From Asterias rubens (lineage: Eukaryota): 64,000 nucleotides of DNA. The notes beneath the pieces are model-generated. The model did no database searches, was not told where the DNA came from, and saw only the letters and a program-made list of their open reading frames with translations. The stretch covers positions 2,728,001 through 2,792,000 of the forward strand of contig NC_047070.1 of assembly GCF_902459465.1 (NCBI RefSeq), written 5' to 3'. Shown one piece after another: positions 11,540 through 24,109 of this stretch (position 1 is its first letter; each line of letters opens with the position of its first letter). The translations under genes were made by a program, and so were the position numbers.

Positions 11540-11879
11540 TAGTTATGTGCAAAATCGCGTACGTCTGTTTCGTCCACCTTCCGCCTTGTGTTATCATGTG
11601 TAATCAATATTCAAACTTTAGATATAAATACCGGTCCTAAATACCAATGCCGGGGTGTACCGGGTGATGCTAATTTTGGCAGTGCTCGTTGTAGCATGCT
11701 AATCATAATAATCCGTTGTTTATCTTTTGCGCGTATATCCCAGGGGCGCGGGCATTAATTTTGCACGCTTGGTTTTTTTGCTGACATATATTAAGTCTCG
11801 TTACTAAAAACGTGATTTTGCGTGATCGGAGTTTCTGGCGTTGTTTTGTCGTCACGTCCCCCACATCCAAGATGGCGGC
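11540..11879. promoter_or_regulatory. Probable bidirectional promoter region between FADS6 and LMAN2
   Basis: Head-to-head genes about 1.1 kb apart ATG to ATG; locally CpG-rich; YY1-type CAAGATGGCGGC overlaps the LMAN2 start codon (11868-11879). Confidence 0.5.
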
Positions 11880-14800
11880 GCCCAGCCACGTTCTTCTTTT
11901 TGCGACTTTTAATGTCGTTTTCTTTTGTTTAAACGCACCTGTTACAAGTGAAAAGACGGCAGAAGATTTCTTCAAACGTGAACATTCATTGATGCGGCCC
12001 TATACAGGTAAGACATGTAAATAAATCTGTGCAATAAGTTGGTTTATGTGCCACGTCATAACACTTCTTGTTGCCGGCTTATTGGCCGGGCCTGTCCCGC
12101 GTGCCGACGGGTTGGCGGGCGGTGCCGTCGCGTTGGCGTGCGTGGTGCCGGTGTTTATGGTGACGATGACGGGACGCGATTTTTTCCATTCCTTCCCTTT
12201 TTTAAATCGATTTATAATTAGAAAACAAACTTGAAAACTTCGGAATTGTAGTGCAGAATTTTTTTTGGCTGACGGGGCAATTATAAAATTAAATAGTAAA
12301 GACAAGTGTTCAGACTTTGTTTGTATGTTTTGTTTATGTTTTGTTTGTGGTTAAAAAAATCAAATAAGTAAGTGTCCAAATTCATATCGGGCGAACACTT
12401 CACTCGATATTAAATAAATTAGTATTTTATTTATTAAAATTGAGATACTTCATATTAAATCATAACTTTATATATTAAATAAGAAATGTGTCATTAATTT
12501 GTTCATGCTTCAAATCAATACAAAACACCATTGTTGCACAAATTTGTGTGCTTTCAGATGCCTCTATAGTAATAAAGGCTTCAGGCCTGAAGTCTTTTAG
12601 TTTTAGTTGAGTGAGAAATTATCAGTTTCTAAAAAACTATGTTACTTTAGAGAGCCGTTTCTCACACTCTTTATATTAGGCCGAGTACAAAAAAAACATG
12701 TTTCACGTCCAGGTTTTTTAAAAAAAGGAGGAAGAGGGGCTTTTTATTTTTTATTTTTTATTTCAAGATGGCCGCCATTCTTTGTTAAAATGTCAAATAT
12801 CCATTGTTTTTTCTACTGCTGAAATACACAAAACATAAGTGAAACAATTTAGTCGAGGCATTCAGTGCAATGATCTGGAAAGGGTGCAAAAGCGCGCATG
12901 CAGAATTATTCTTGGCAATGACTACGTGCGCTACTCAGACGCTCTACAATTGTGCAATATTGAAACACTGGTATGCCGTCGTAACCACTTGTGCCAATCT
13001 TTTGCCAAAACTCTCCCTTCATCAATCCTAAAGCGCCTCTTGCCACAGAGGTTTGATAGTGGGTACCAACTTAGGAACTCCGGACTTCTAGGTCAGTTTA
13101 AATGCCGAACAGAGCGCTATAGAAAGAGCCCTCTCCCTCACCTCACACGCCTTTTTAACAACTGAATTGCAATAGAATGCAGCTTTTTATGCGCCCTTGA
13201 CTGTGCCAGCAATATTTTTTATCCAGGTTTTTTTTTTTTTTTTTTCCCCGCAACTTTCAGAACAATTTATTTTATACATTGTAAATATTTGTCTCTCCTT
13301 AATCAATTATTTCTTAAATAATGTGAAATAGTGTCATTTTTTCTTATTTTTTAATCTCTGTATATTTTCCTGTAATTCGACCTCCGGTCGCCATGGGAAT
13401 TTGTTTTTAAAATAATAAACCAATTATGAATGAAGTAAAAAAAGAGACAAGACATTGAGATTGTTTTTGCTGAGATCATTTAAAATAACCCTATTTAAAA
13501 AAAAAAAATTTAAAAAAATATGGCTAAAAAAAAAGAAGAAAAAAAGGAGGTGGCCTGTGAAAAGAAAGCGGGCGGGGACGCTAAACATGTTTTTTTTTTT
13601 TACTTGGCCTTATCAACAGCTCTCCATTTACCCGTTACCAAATAAGTTTTTATGCTAACAATTATTTGGAGTAATTACCAATACTGTCCAGTGCCTTTAC
13701 TTTAAAATTTCTGATGTAATACTGTTCATCTTTCAAAACAGGTTCTGGGGCAAGTCTTCCTATGTGGGACATGCAAGGACACTCTATGATAACTAATAAT
13801 TACATTCGCCTAACTCCGGACAAACAAAGCCGTCAAGGTGCTATCTGGAATAAAGTGGTTGGTAATAAGATCCTTATCTGGTCCAGTTTTTAAAAACATT
13901 CAGATAATCTTTGAAATAACTTGATTTTGTTTTAGTTTAAAGGGATTGTAGGCCTATACGTTTGTTAATTGGGACCCACTAGTTGTTTGTTGTGTAGATA
14001 TTATATATAAAAAAACTACAGTAGTTCAGAAACACTACCACCTTCTGAAATTTTCACACAGATCAGTGTTATTGTACTTTTATATAGGATGAAAATAGTC
14101 AAACAATAAATAATTTTAAAAATATGCCATTTGCCTATTATCAAGTTGTTTCAGTAAAATTGTCAATGGAAATAACATGAGGCAGAAAATTTTGTATTAC
14201 AAATCGGGATTTTATGTTAACGTACTAAATTGGAAAATTTTGTATCTGGATAGGACCTTTCCTTTGACCTCTTTATGTGAATGGAAGTAGCCGCTACAGG
14301 CATTTTGGTTCAAGCCGCTTGTGGTCGCTATGACCTAGCCGCTATGGGTTCTAAAGGGTAACAACAAGTGTGCTTTAAGGCCATGAGGTTTATGGATGAA
14401 AAGCTAGTTAGGCTTGTTATTTTTCACTTCCCCTTCAATATGTTGTGTTGCTTTTATTGTAGCCAAATAGAAGTCCCAACTGGGAGCTCCACATTCACTT
14501 CCATGTACATGGCCAAGGAAAGTCGCTCTTTGGAGATGGATTTGCTGTCTGGTACACCAAGGATAAAATGCAATCAGGTATGTTTATTTATAAATCAATA
14601 CGAGATAGTAGTAGTACAGTAGTATTAGTAGTAGTCTATAAATAGTAGTAGTAGAACTTGTCGTAGTAGTAGTAGTACGCCTTCAGGTTCTGCATAGAGA
14701 TGGCTGGGCCCAGTTTCATAAAGCCTGTAAACACAAAAACCTGGAAAATCTTGCTTAGCAAAAACAGCTGACATTGTTGCGTCTGTTGCCCCACTCAATT

Positions 14801-17800
14801 TTTGCTTAATACCAAAGACATTTGTGAAGCAGTATTTTTTGCTTAACAGCTTATAAAAAAATCTTTGGAATTTGTTGTAAAAGAGACAATACTATTATTT
14901 ATTATTGTTATTTTGTTTGTGATCCTTGAAACACCCAGCACCCTAACACCATCGTATTTAATATCCTTACCGTCTTCAGGTCCAGTATTCGGCAGCAAGG
15001 ACTTCCACACAGGGCTTGGAGTTTATTTTGATACATACAGCAACCACAATGGACCTCACAATGTAAGTACAGACTCACAGTAATGAGCAAAACATGTGGG
15101 AACCACCTTGTGTAAATCTCTTTTAGGAGGAGTGCTCTGAAAATAGCTGTTGTGGTCTGAACTAAATCATGCTGTAGAGGGTCCCCCCAAATGTTCCCAT
15201 ATTATGTTAACACATTTTTTTCTTTGTGTACAAAAGTGAACCCCCACCCCCAGTCCTGGGCCCAACTTCATAGAGCTGCTAGCAGACAAAATTGCTTAGC
15301 ATGGAATTTCTTCCTTGATAAAAACATGATTACCGGTTGAATTTCCACGTGTTTTTTAGGACAAGCAAACAACAGCTGAATACCAGTACCAAGCAATATG
15401 CAACGAATGGAAATTCGGTTGGTAATCATTTGTTTAGCAAGGAAGAAATTTTATGCTAAGCAATGTGTCTGCTAAGCAACTCTATGAAATTGGGCCCTGG
15501 TCTTGACACTTGTGACCTTAAGGAAGACATTAAAGCTGCGTCCTTCGGATTGAGCGTAAAGCCCTAGGTCATGTGTGTTGTCTTTTCTCTATTGAGGGTT
15601 ACCTCCTTCACAGTCTATATGGATGAAGGCATGGATATCATCCACTAGGATGGTAGAGCAGAATGCACTACCTTCCCACATTTTTAAAAATAAATTTAGT
15701 TATGGTTAAAGTTCCATACACAAGGCCACAAGTGTCATAACAGGGATTCAAACCCACACGTCGCTGACAACACGTCGCTGGACCTCTCGGCGCCGGCCAC
15801 AACACGCCACATTTATAAGTTATTTGTTTGTACTCTTTGCAGCACCCGCATCCTTACATATCAGCGCAGATTAATAACGGCACGCTACACTATGATCATG
15901 ATCGTGATGGTACCCACACTGAAGTCGCTGGATGCCACGCCCCCTTTAGGAACAGGGATCATGAAACACATGTTGCTGTACGATACATGAGAGGCAGACT
16001 AGAAGTAAGTAATCATGGGTCATCAAGTGGGAGGGTTGGACTTTTTATATTTTCGTTTTGGAGGGGGAAAGGGTAGAATTTCTAGAGTTCAGTTCTGATG
16101 ATAGCTTCAGAAGATTAATTGCAGAATGTTTTATTCCATTATAAGTGTTAGGCCGTGTCCGAAACGACGACTTCGGCTACAGCTACGTCTAGATCAGCGC
16201 GTCTACCAGTGTTGAAGAATAGGCAGACGCGCGCGATCTAGCCGTAGCTGTAGCCGAAGTCGCCGTTTCGGACACGGCCTAATTTACAATAAAATTAACC
16301 TCTGAAAATTTCATTTCAAAAGTTGGTCAATTTGTTTTAAGATATCGCAAAAAAATCAGAGTGATTATGTCCATTCAGGAATGATAATCCCTAAAGGATC
16401 ACACAATCTGAGAAGCGTTGGCACGGTAAAGCTTCTTATATTTAATTTGTTGGTGATAAAAAGTGATAAACTGTCCTATAGTAAGTTTTGATTGCCAAAC
16501 ATCTACCTTCGCTTTAAAGCCATTATACACTTTCGGTACAGAAAAAAAAAGTTCACAGATTTACAAATAATTTACAGGGTTTACAGAAGGTAATGGTGAA
16601 AGACTTCTCTTGAAATATTGTTCCATGAAATGCTTTACTTTTTGAGAAAACATTAAAACAATATCAATTCTCGATAGCGAGAATTACGGATTTATTATAA
16701 ACACATGTCATAACACAGGAGTGGGTTTTCCCGTTATTTTCTCCCGACTCCGATGACCGATTGAGCCTAAATTTTCACAGGTTGTTTTTTTATATATAAG
16801 TTGTGATACACGAAGTGTGGGACTTGGACAATACTGTTTACCGAAAGTGTATAATGGCTTTAAAACACATGATGGATAAAATTTGTTGTTATTTAACAAC
16901 TTGTGCATTCTCCTTTATTCTTTCTATCCAGATAATGACTGATATTGATGATAAGTCAGAATGGAAGTCCTGTTTAGATGTACAAGGTGTTAAGCTTCCA
17001 ACTGGGTACTACTTTGGTCTCTCGGCCACCACCGGCCAATTAGCAGGTTAGTGGCCAGACATCGTCCACATGGACTGCGTCACCCACAGGCCTTGAATTT
17101 CATCTTAAAAAGGGCAAGGCCTCTTTCATTTTGCAGAGGGCACTTCCCTTGGAAATGTTAAAGGTCTATTAGAACATTTTGAAGGGGCACCAAGGCTACG
17201 ACCAGGAGCAATGAGGGCCATGGCCTCTGGGACTTCCAGATAATTCCAGGCCTGTACCCGACTGATGCAAATTTAACATCTTTTAAATTAGATATCAATA
17301 TAACCACAAGGGAAACTGACTGGGTAAATTTTGAAATGATTTTTGAGGTTGAACAAAGAATTGACTAGAGTGGGATTCGAACCAACGACCTCCGGATTAA
17401 TGTGCCGCCGCTCTACCAACTGAGCGAACTAGCCGTTTATTGGCAGTGTCCCTATTTTGTCAATATCTTTGTTCGGGGGTACCAGTCAGAAGCCATACAA
17501 CCGTTAACTGCTGTGTAGCCAGGGATCACACCCAAATTACGATACAACCTGGGAAGTGGCAGCCAGGGGGATCACCTTAACGGGATGCGACTTTTTGTTT
17601 CAGATATCAATATAAACCACCAGGGAAACTGACTGGGTAAATTTTGAAATGATTTTTGGGGTTGAGCAAAAATTAGGTCAACAAGTTTTAAATGTTAATA
17701 ATTACACGTTTATCTCTTTAATACTAAAATATTTTCATTTGTTTCCTTCTGTTTTCAGATAACCATGATATTATTTCTATAAAAACTTATGAGCTTGACG

Positions 17801-18875
17801 GTGCAGATGAATCTTTGGATTATGCAAATTTAAGTCCATCAGCAGATTTCTTTGCTCCACCAAGAGGTAAGACCCATCAATCGCCTTGTCCCCTCCTTTA
17901 AATAACCGTTGTCTTTAGCTCAGCTGATAGTACTCTCTGGGCCGTGTCATGGCCGAGCGGTGAAGAGCACCTGACTCAAGCTCTGGTGTTTCTAATCAGT
18001 AGAGTGTGGGTTCGAGTCATGACACTGGTGTCCTTAAGCAAAACACTTAACCCTTATTGCTGCTTCCTTCGGATGGGACGTAAAGCCGTAGGTTCTCTGT
18101 GTTGTGTAGCGCGGTGTGTCTGGCAGTGGCTGCTGAATGCGCGGCAGCTACTTGTCAACCATTATGAGGTGCTACATAAATAGGGTCTCATTACAAAAAT
18201 AAAAAACATCTACTAGAAAGTTTCTTCCAGTTCAAGTGCCTTGAGTACCTTATCAGTAGATGCATGAGGTATATAGACCATGTGAACTTTGTTTACAATA
18301 AGTGTGACCTTCTACATTCTTTGCTAGTCTGGCAGGCAAGATACTGCACTGGTCATATGGGAAAGTTGACATTTTGTGTTATAGTTTCTACATAAATCCA
18401 AGAGTTATGAAAGTAAAAGCTGGACAAGTTTTAAGATGTGCCCCCTTTCATCATATCAAAAGTTGATAAAAATTGTACAGTGCAATCTCCATAAAATATA
18501 AGATTTTATTTTTTCTTCCATTGGGCTGTGTACAAATCGTGCCTGCAGGAAGTCCAGGCTCTGTGGCTCTTTTGTAAACATGTGATGTCACAGGTCACAT
18601 CGTCTATAATACTACTTATTATTATTTTATTAAACCCTCCTACTGTCGGACCACTCAATATCATTTGCTAAGTTTGTAATCCAAAATAATCTTATCCCTA
18701 ACATCTAGATCATATTGACGATCCCGGTGGTTCATTCCGTGGAGATTGGACGATGAGTCTCAAGAACATGTTCCTTCTCATCTTCTGCTGTGTGCTTGGC
18801 GTCATGATCTGCCTCGTTGTCGGGGTGGTGGTCTTCCAGAAACGACAGGAGTACAATCGCAAAAGGTTTTACTGA
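11872..18875 (+). CDS. LMAN2: VIP36/VIPL-type L-lectin cargo receptor, 333 aa, 8 exons
   Basis: Exons 11872-12007, 13742-13857, 14463-14577, 14980-15062, 15843-16004, 16932-17046, 17759-17866, 18709-18875; phases consistent, 1002 nt. Signal peptide, KREHSL, GDGFAVWY, GPVFGS, LPTGYYFG, DNHDIIS, a transmembrane helix and C-terminal RKRFY. Probably co-orthologous to LMAN2 and LMAN2L. Confidence 0.93.
12858..13445 (+). mobile_element. 5'-truncated LINE 3' end (CR1/L2 group) in LMAN2 intron 1
   Basis: DLERVQKRACRIIL...LETL..RR..LC...CRTERYRKSPLP is a typical post-RT C-terminus; followed by a UTR with AATAAA and an A-rich end. Confidence 0.75.
16148..16282. mobile_element. About 130-bp palindromic MITE with TTA/TAA flanks (PIF/Harbinger-like)
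   Basis: tta|ggccgtgtccgaaacg...cgtttcggacacggcc|taa; second copy at 3481-3614; related element in the IDUA 3' UTR at about 45358-45483. Confidence 0.75.
16514..16863. mobile_element. TTAA-flanked MITE family C
   Basis: Perfect TIR ttaaagccattatacactttcggta...taccgaaagtgtataatggctttaa; second copy at 40615-40988. Confidence 0.85.
17291..17670 (-). mobile_element. Element with tRNA-like head (17362-17434) and an about 70-bp direct repeat
   Basis: Minus strand gctcagttggtagagc...ggttcgaatccc; direct repeats at 17291-17360 and 17603-17670; head also at 46186-46262. Confidence 0.6.
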
Positions 18876-21800
18876 GGAAGTCTCGGGGAGATAAAGCACA
18901 AAGGCCAGGAGTTTGGATTGGATGGAGTCAAATCAGGGAGGGTTTTGAAGTTGTGTTTTAAGGCCATGTCACACGAGGCAATAGACCTTTATCATAGTGC
19001 AGCCATCTTGAATTTCTCCCATTGATATCAATGTAACCAAACCGAGGCTGGAAGAACAAAATAGTCTGGTTTCTATTTGCAAAATGATTATTAGCATTCA
19101 TTATTGTTATTTGATATGAGGAACATGACCAAGATGGAGGCAGCATGACAAATGTCTATTTACTAGCGACCAGTTCCAGGCAATCTCCAAAAAGAAAAGG
19201 TATTCACTTAGTGAAAGTTCATATATTTTTCTTGTGATCATAAGACAATTGTATGAACAAATTGTGCCACAAAAGTTGTCCAACAGCATGCACTGCAAAT
19301 GGTTTCCTCCAAGTTGCCTGCAAAAGTTGCTTCGTGTGACGAGGCCTTTAGAACACTCAAGTAAAGGGAAAGTATCTGTTTGGTTATTCATATACAATTG
19401 TTGCACGCTGTGACGGGGTCCATGGCGTTTTGTACACCCGAGGGGGAAAATGGCACCCGAGGCGAAGGTGAGGATGCCATTTCCCCTCGAGGGTGTACAA
19501 AACCCATGGACCCCAGTCACAGCGTGCAACAACTGTTTAATTATACCTTTGTTTAATTGTTATTCCTCTTCTTGAAGTTCTGTTGTCATCTTCAAACGTT
19601 ATTTTGACGGACTATTCATCGTTTAATAAGCAGACGAACAAGAAACAATTCCCCCGAACCTGCGGTTGTTTCAGACCAAGGACAGAGCACTGGAAATCGA
19701 CCAATGCTGGGAACGATCAAGGTGATGTACACCGGTGTACATCACTTTTCATGTTACCCGGCCAGTCGAGCCATGTAACATGTGTTTTTGTTGCGCGTCA
19801 CGTGATTGGTTCTCGACTAATCAAACTTCGCAGTTTGTTACCGAGGGATAACAAAAATGTTTGATGGTTTGAATCATATATAAATTTAGATGTATACAAT
19901 AAAACTAACATGTGCAAAATTTCATTTCAAAAGGTGGTCGCGTTTTTTTGTGATATTGCCGAAAATCCGGAGTAATAGGAATAAACAGAAGCGTTACTCA
20001 GATTCAAATTTTAGGGCATTGAAACTGATATCTTTTTACACAACCACATTACTTCAAAGTGAAATGTTTCTCAAAATACTTTGTCCTATCCAAAGATTCT
20101 GTTGGATTCTAACAGATAGTTAGAGGGCCCCCAGGGAGAACAGTGTTTTTACACTGATGGGGCTACCCTGTATAAATAATACTTAATAATAATAATAGTT
20201 TGTATTGCCATCCCTTTTAAGAGTGATTACCAAACTTTTACCTTCCCTTTAAACAAAAGGAGGGGGGGAGAAATAATTTAAGCCATAATCATGAGCTTTT
20301 AAAGGACATTGTGCTTTATATCAAGAGAATAGGAGTGGGAGACTGGTACCCAGCAACAAATTGAAATATTTGTAAACAAACATTTTGTTTGCATTGAAAC
20401 TAATCATTTCCATTTAAATGGCATTAAATCTGCAACCAGCCAAATCCTTAATCTTTTAATGAAAGCTTTTATAAAATTGCAACGATTGTCCAATACAGTT
20501 TGAAAAAAGTGAACAAAATCGTCAACAAAATTAGTTGAGTGCTGTAAGAAGACAGTGAAGACACATTTTGAACCATTGAAGGGAGATCCAGAAAAATTTG
20601 CCATCATCCGATGTAAAGTGGTTAAAATATTGCCATCGGTTTAGTTTTTAATTAAGTCAGTATTTCATATTGTGACTTTTGATATGTGTGGATGTTTTCC
20701 ATTTGGGGGGGGGGGGAGTGAGATAATTGAAAGGAAAGAGGATCTGTTTTTAGGAATTTTGTTTGTTTGTTTATTTCTTTAAAACTGTTTTGTCCAATTG
20801 ACCTTACAACTCGGACTGTTAAACACATAAAATAGAAAAATACTTGACTGTCGTATCTTGCGTTTTAATATTTGGTGTACTTTTATTGTACTATCGCATC
20901 ATGCACTTTAAATTGTAACTGGTGTCAAGTGTCACTTTGTGCTTTAAATAAAAAATGTATAATAATCTTCTTGAAGAAAATGCCACAAGTAGTAATCACA
21001 GCATTTGCTAGCCGATCATGTGTTGGAACTTAGACACCTGTATTAGTGATGTAGGACTGATTTAGTGTAGACATTAGGATTCAGGTTTTTTCAACTTTCT
21101 GTCGGTAAATTGTCCAACAATTATTTTCCATAAATGTTCATTTTTGTTTTCATTTTGTAAAAGACAAATTCATATGTAAACATTCTTCTTATAAGGAGAT
21201 CAATTTTTATACATTAAATTTACGACAGAACTAACCAATTTTGCAATAAAGGACTACAATTGCAATCACTTATTTGTGTGTGTAATTTTAATGGAATGCA
21301 TATATTTATTTTACAGAAATCACACTGATACCAAATAAATAATAGTTTCATTTCATGTCAATTGCAAATTAGATATGAATAATTTCGGTACAATTCCTTT
21401 CTTAGATTTGAATAACTTCTGGTTCTGACTTTCTTAAAGACAGGTTGCTATGTCAAATGGTTCTGGGCAGATTTTGCTTATATTGAGTAGAATTGAGTAA
21501 AATTTTTTTTTCTTTGTAAAACTGTGTCCCCCACAAGAGGAGTCATTAGTTTTTCATTAGAAAAGGGAATAGTCGAACAACAATAGGAAGTCCCTACAAC
21601 TTTGCGTGATAAATTATGCGCGTTTGTCCTATCTTATGTAACTATGCGAAACCCTAGTCCATGTGACATATTTACGCAGTCACCTGTGACTATACAAGCA
21701 TGTCATTGTACCAGAAAGCATTTATATCTAATTTGCAACTGGCTTGCAGCTTTTTTAAAGACACAATTGGGCAGCCATGCCTGACATGAGCTCAGTGGTT

Positions 21801-22350
21801 AGTACCTCTCTAATCATCTCAAAAACTATGATAACCACTTCTCAAAACAAAAATTTTGCAACTTATTAACATTTTGCAACTTGGCAAGAGTAAAATCAAG
21901 ACAGGATAAAGTCACTTGTTTGTCTGCCAAGAGAGATAAAACCCAATTTGGAAGAAAGAGTGGATACCAAGATGGGCCCCTAAAAGTATAACAATTTCCC
22001 TCTGGCAAGGTAAACTTCTATGAGGAAAATGAAAATTTGTGTTAGAACTTTGCAAAGGGTACCACAGCAAAAGCACAGGGCCCCACGGCAATCGCTGTGG
22101 GTGCAATGGTTATGTCAAGGTCTGCAAAGATATTGAGTTTGTGGCCAAATTATTATTTTTCAGCTCCTTGTTTAGAAAATCAAGACCAGATTATGACACG
22201 TGCCTCTGTTTCAATGGAAATCTCAGTTGGTCAGTTATCCATCTTCCATCTGACAAATAAACACTGAAGCTCTAAACCACAAACTTCCTTTTTGAAGACA
22301 GCTTTGAAGTTGGTCTTAAGGGATGCAAGAGTGAGGTGGGGTTGGCTTCA

Positions 22351-24016
22351 TCACCTCTGAAGGGTCTGGAGTTGGTCTTGTAGTGTATCCATCACCTCCA
22401 AGCTACAAGGACAAAACACGGAATAAATTCAATATCAGGCATCAGGCATAGACATGTGAACTTATTATTATACTTCTGGTAATGAAACCAAGGATGCCTC
22501 GTAAGTGAGCTTAATCACTAGCTCACAAGCCTGAGGAAATCTGTAGACAATGGTGCTTGTTTCGTGAACCAGAAGCACCTACTCTTCCATGATAAGTGTT
22601 CTGTGTTTTATTACTTGCACTACCAATCCTAGTTCACAGGACCTATGGCTTAATGTCCCATCCGAAGGACAAAGCAACTATGGACACAAGTTCGACGAAT
22701 GGGCTTTGAACCCACACTCTGCTGATCAGAAACACCAGGGCTCGAGTCTAGTGCTTTTTAACTGCTCGGCAATACCGGCCGCAATTTGAAAATCTCACAT
22801 GATGGAAAACTTGACAGCAAAACAATTATATTTACCTTCTTTCAATGGCTTCTGCCCTGTTTATAAAATGAAAAGAGAAATACATGTTGTTAGTTTTCTA
22901 TTGGAGCTGTTTGTAAGAATGTGACAGAATATTTTGTTTTGGTTTTATTGAAACTGGATTTATATACTTACTGGAACTGCAGCTGTGACACCATCAGACT
23001 CATCTTTTTCACATTCTAAAATGAAGGGGAAAAATGACAGTGAATTGAAATTGGTTAAAAAGGTAAGTATAGGACAACACACACAAATATTTTTAATAAA
23101 GATTTTTTTTAATTTGATGTTTTTCAGTGTACAAAACATAAGTTACGATAAAGTAGCCCTCCTCCCGACGTCGGGAGGAGGGCTACGTTTTCGCAACTAA
23201 CAAATGTCTGTTTTACACAGGAACTATTACTAGGTTACTGTACTAGGTAGTTATTTTGTCTTTAGCCTCTAGTCATGTTAACACAGTTTCTTGGAGTAAC
23301 ATGTTAAAAAAAAAAAAAAATGTTTTTAATACTTACATGAGACGAATTGTCAACAGTAGATTCTTGCATGGCTAGATTGCGTGCCGCTTGCATCAAATGC
23401 TGCAAAAAAAAGGACAAATTATACAATTTAAGGGTCGTCAAGTGACACCAAATAAAAAGAATTTACAACCCGGGAAGTCTGGTGACTAATCTAGTCTGTC
23501 AACATTAGGTAAAATTGCACTTATTTTTGATCTCACATCTCACAAGTTGTTATTTGCGATAACGAAACTCTCCTCCTGATGGCCACGTGAGGAGGGTTAC
23601 GTTATCGCAACTAACGAGTTGTGGTCTCAAAACCCTGCAGTCTGTGACCGTCGAAAGAAAGGAGGGTCACCTAGTAATAGAGGAAAGAAATACTATATTT
23701 TCTTCCTCATTGGGTCTATAGCTATGAATTGCACAAAACAAATCAAATTATTCAGAATCCCGTTATCAACAAACCATATGGCAAGAACAAACCACCCACA
23801 ATTAAAATACACAAGGTGGATCCGCCATGGCCCAGCCAACTTCGCTTTTCTTCAAGGTCAACCAGACACCAATACACACAAAAATCAACAGTATTATTTG
23901 ACCCTTGACCCATATCCGCTGACCTCGTTGGATTTCGATCCGCGTAGAATCTGCTTCGCAAGGCCTCCCAAATCAGCTACATTTTCCTGCAGTTTGACCG
24001 GTAGTCTTGGATCCAT
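22351..24016 (-). CDS. BORCS7: BLOC-1-related complex subunit 7 (BORC), 5 coding exons, 90 aa from Met 24016 (in-frame ATGs also at 24076 and 24106)
   Basis: Exons 24016-23924, 23399-23337, 23015-22972, 22856-22836 (21 nt) and 22402-22351; phases 0,0,2,2 join into MDPRLPVKLQENVADLGGLAKQILRGSKSNEHLMQAARNLAMQESTVDNSSHNVKKMSLMVSQLQFQAEAIERSLEVMDTLQDQLQTLQR*. Matches recalled human KQVLKGSRSSELLGQAARN...LQYQQEAIQK...LQDQL. True start codon uncertain. Confidence 0.88.
23139..23200. repeat. About 62-bp dispersed palindromic element
   Basis: gttgcgataacgtaaccctcctcc...ggaggagggttacgttatcgcaac consensus; copies at 4131-4171 (partial), 23550-23614 and 48263-48323. Confidence 0.8.
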
Positions 24017-24109
24017 GTCTTGCGCCTGTTGCTGAACGCCTTGCCCAGCCCTGTAGGAGGGATTACTGGTAACCATAAAATGTCTGAGGACTGGATCATA
24101 ACTCATTTT

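Noticed and set aside
12000-12305. Overlapping GC-rich ORFs on both strands
   Set aside because: They lie at the start of LMAN2 intron 1 and show no splice or homology support; consistent with a promoter-proximal CpG-rich tract.
17362-17434. tRNA gene on the minus strand (also 46186-46262)
   Set aside because: A and B boxes and the D-arm are present, but the acceptor and anticodon stems are mismatched and it is attached to repeat sequence; this is a SINE-type head.
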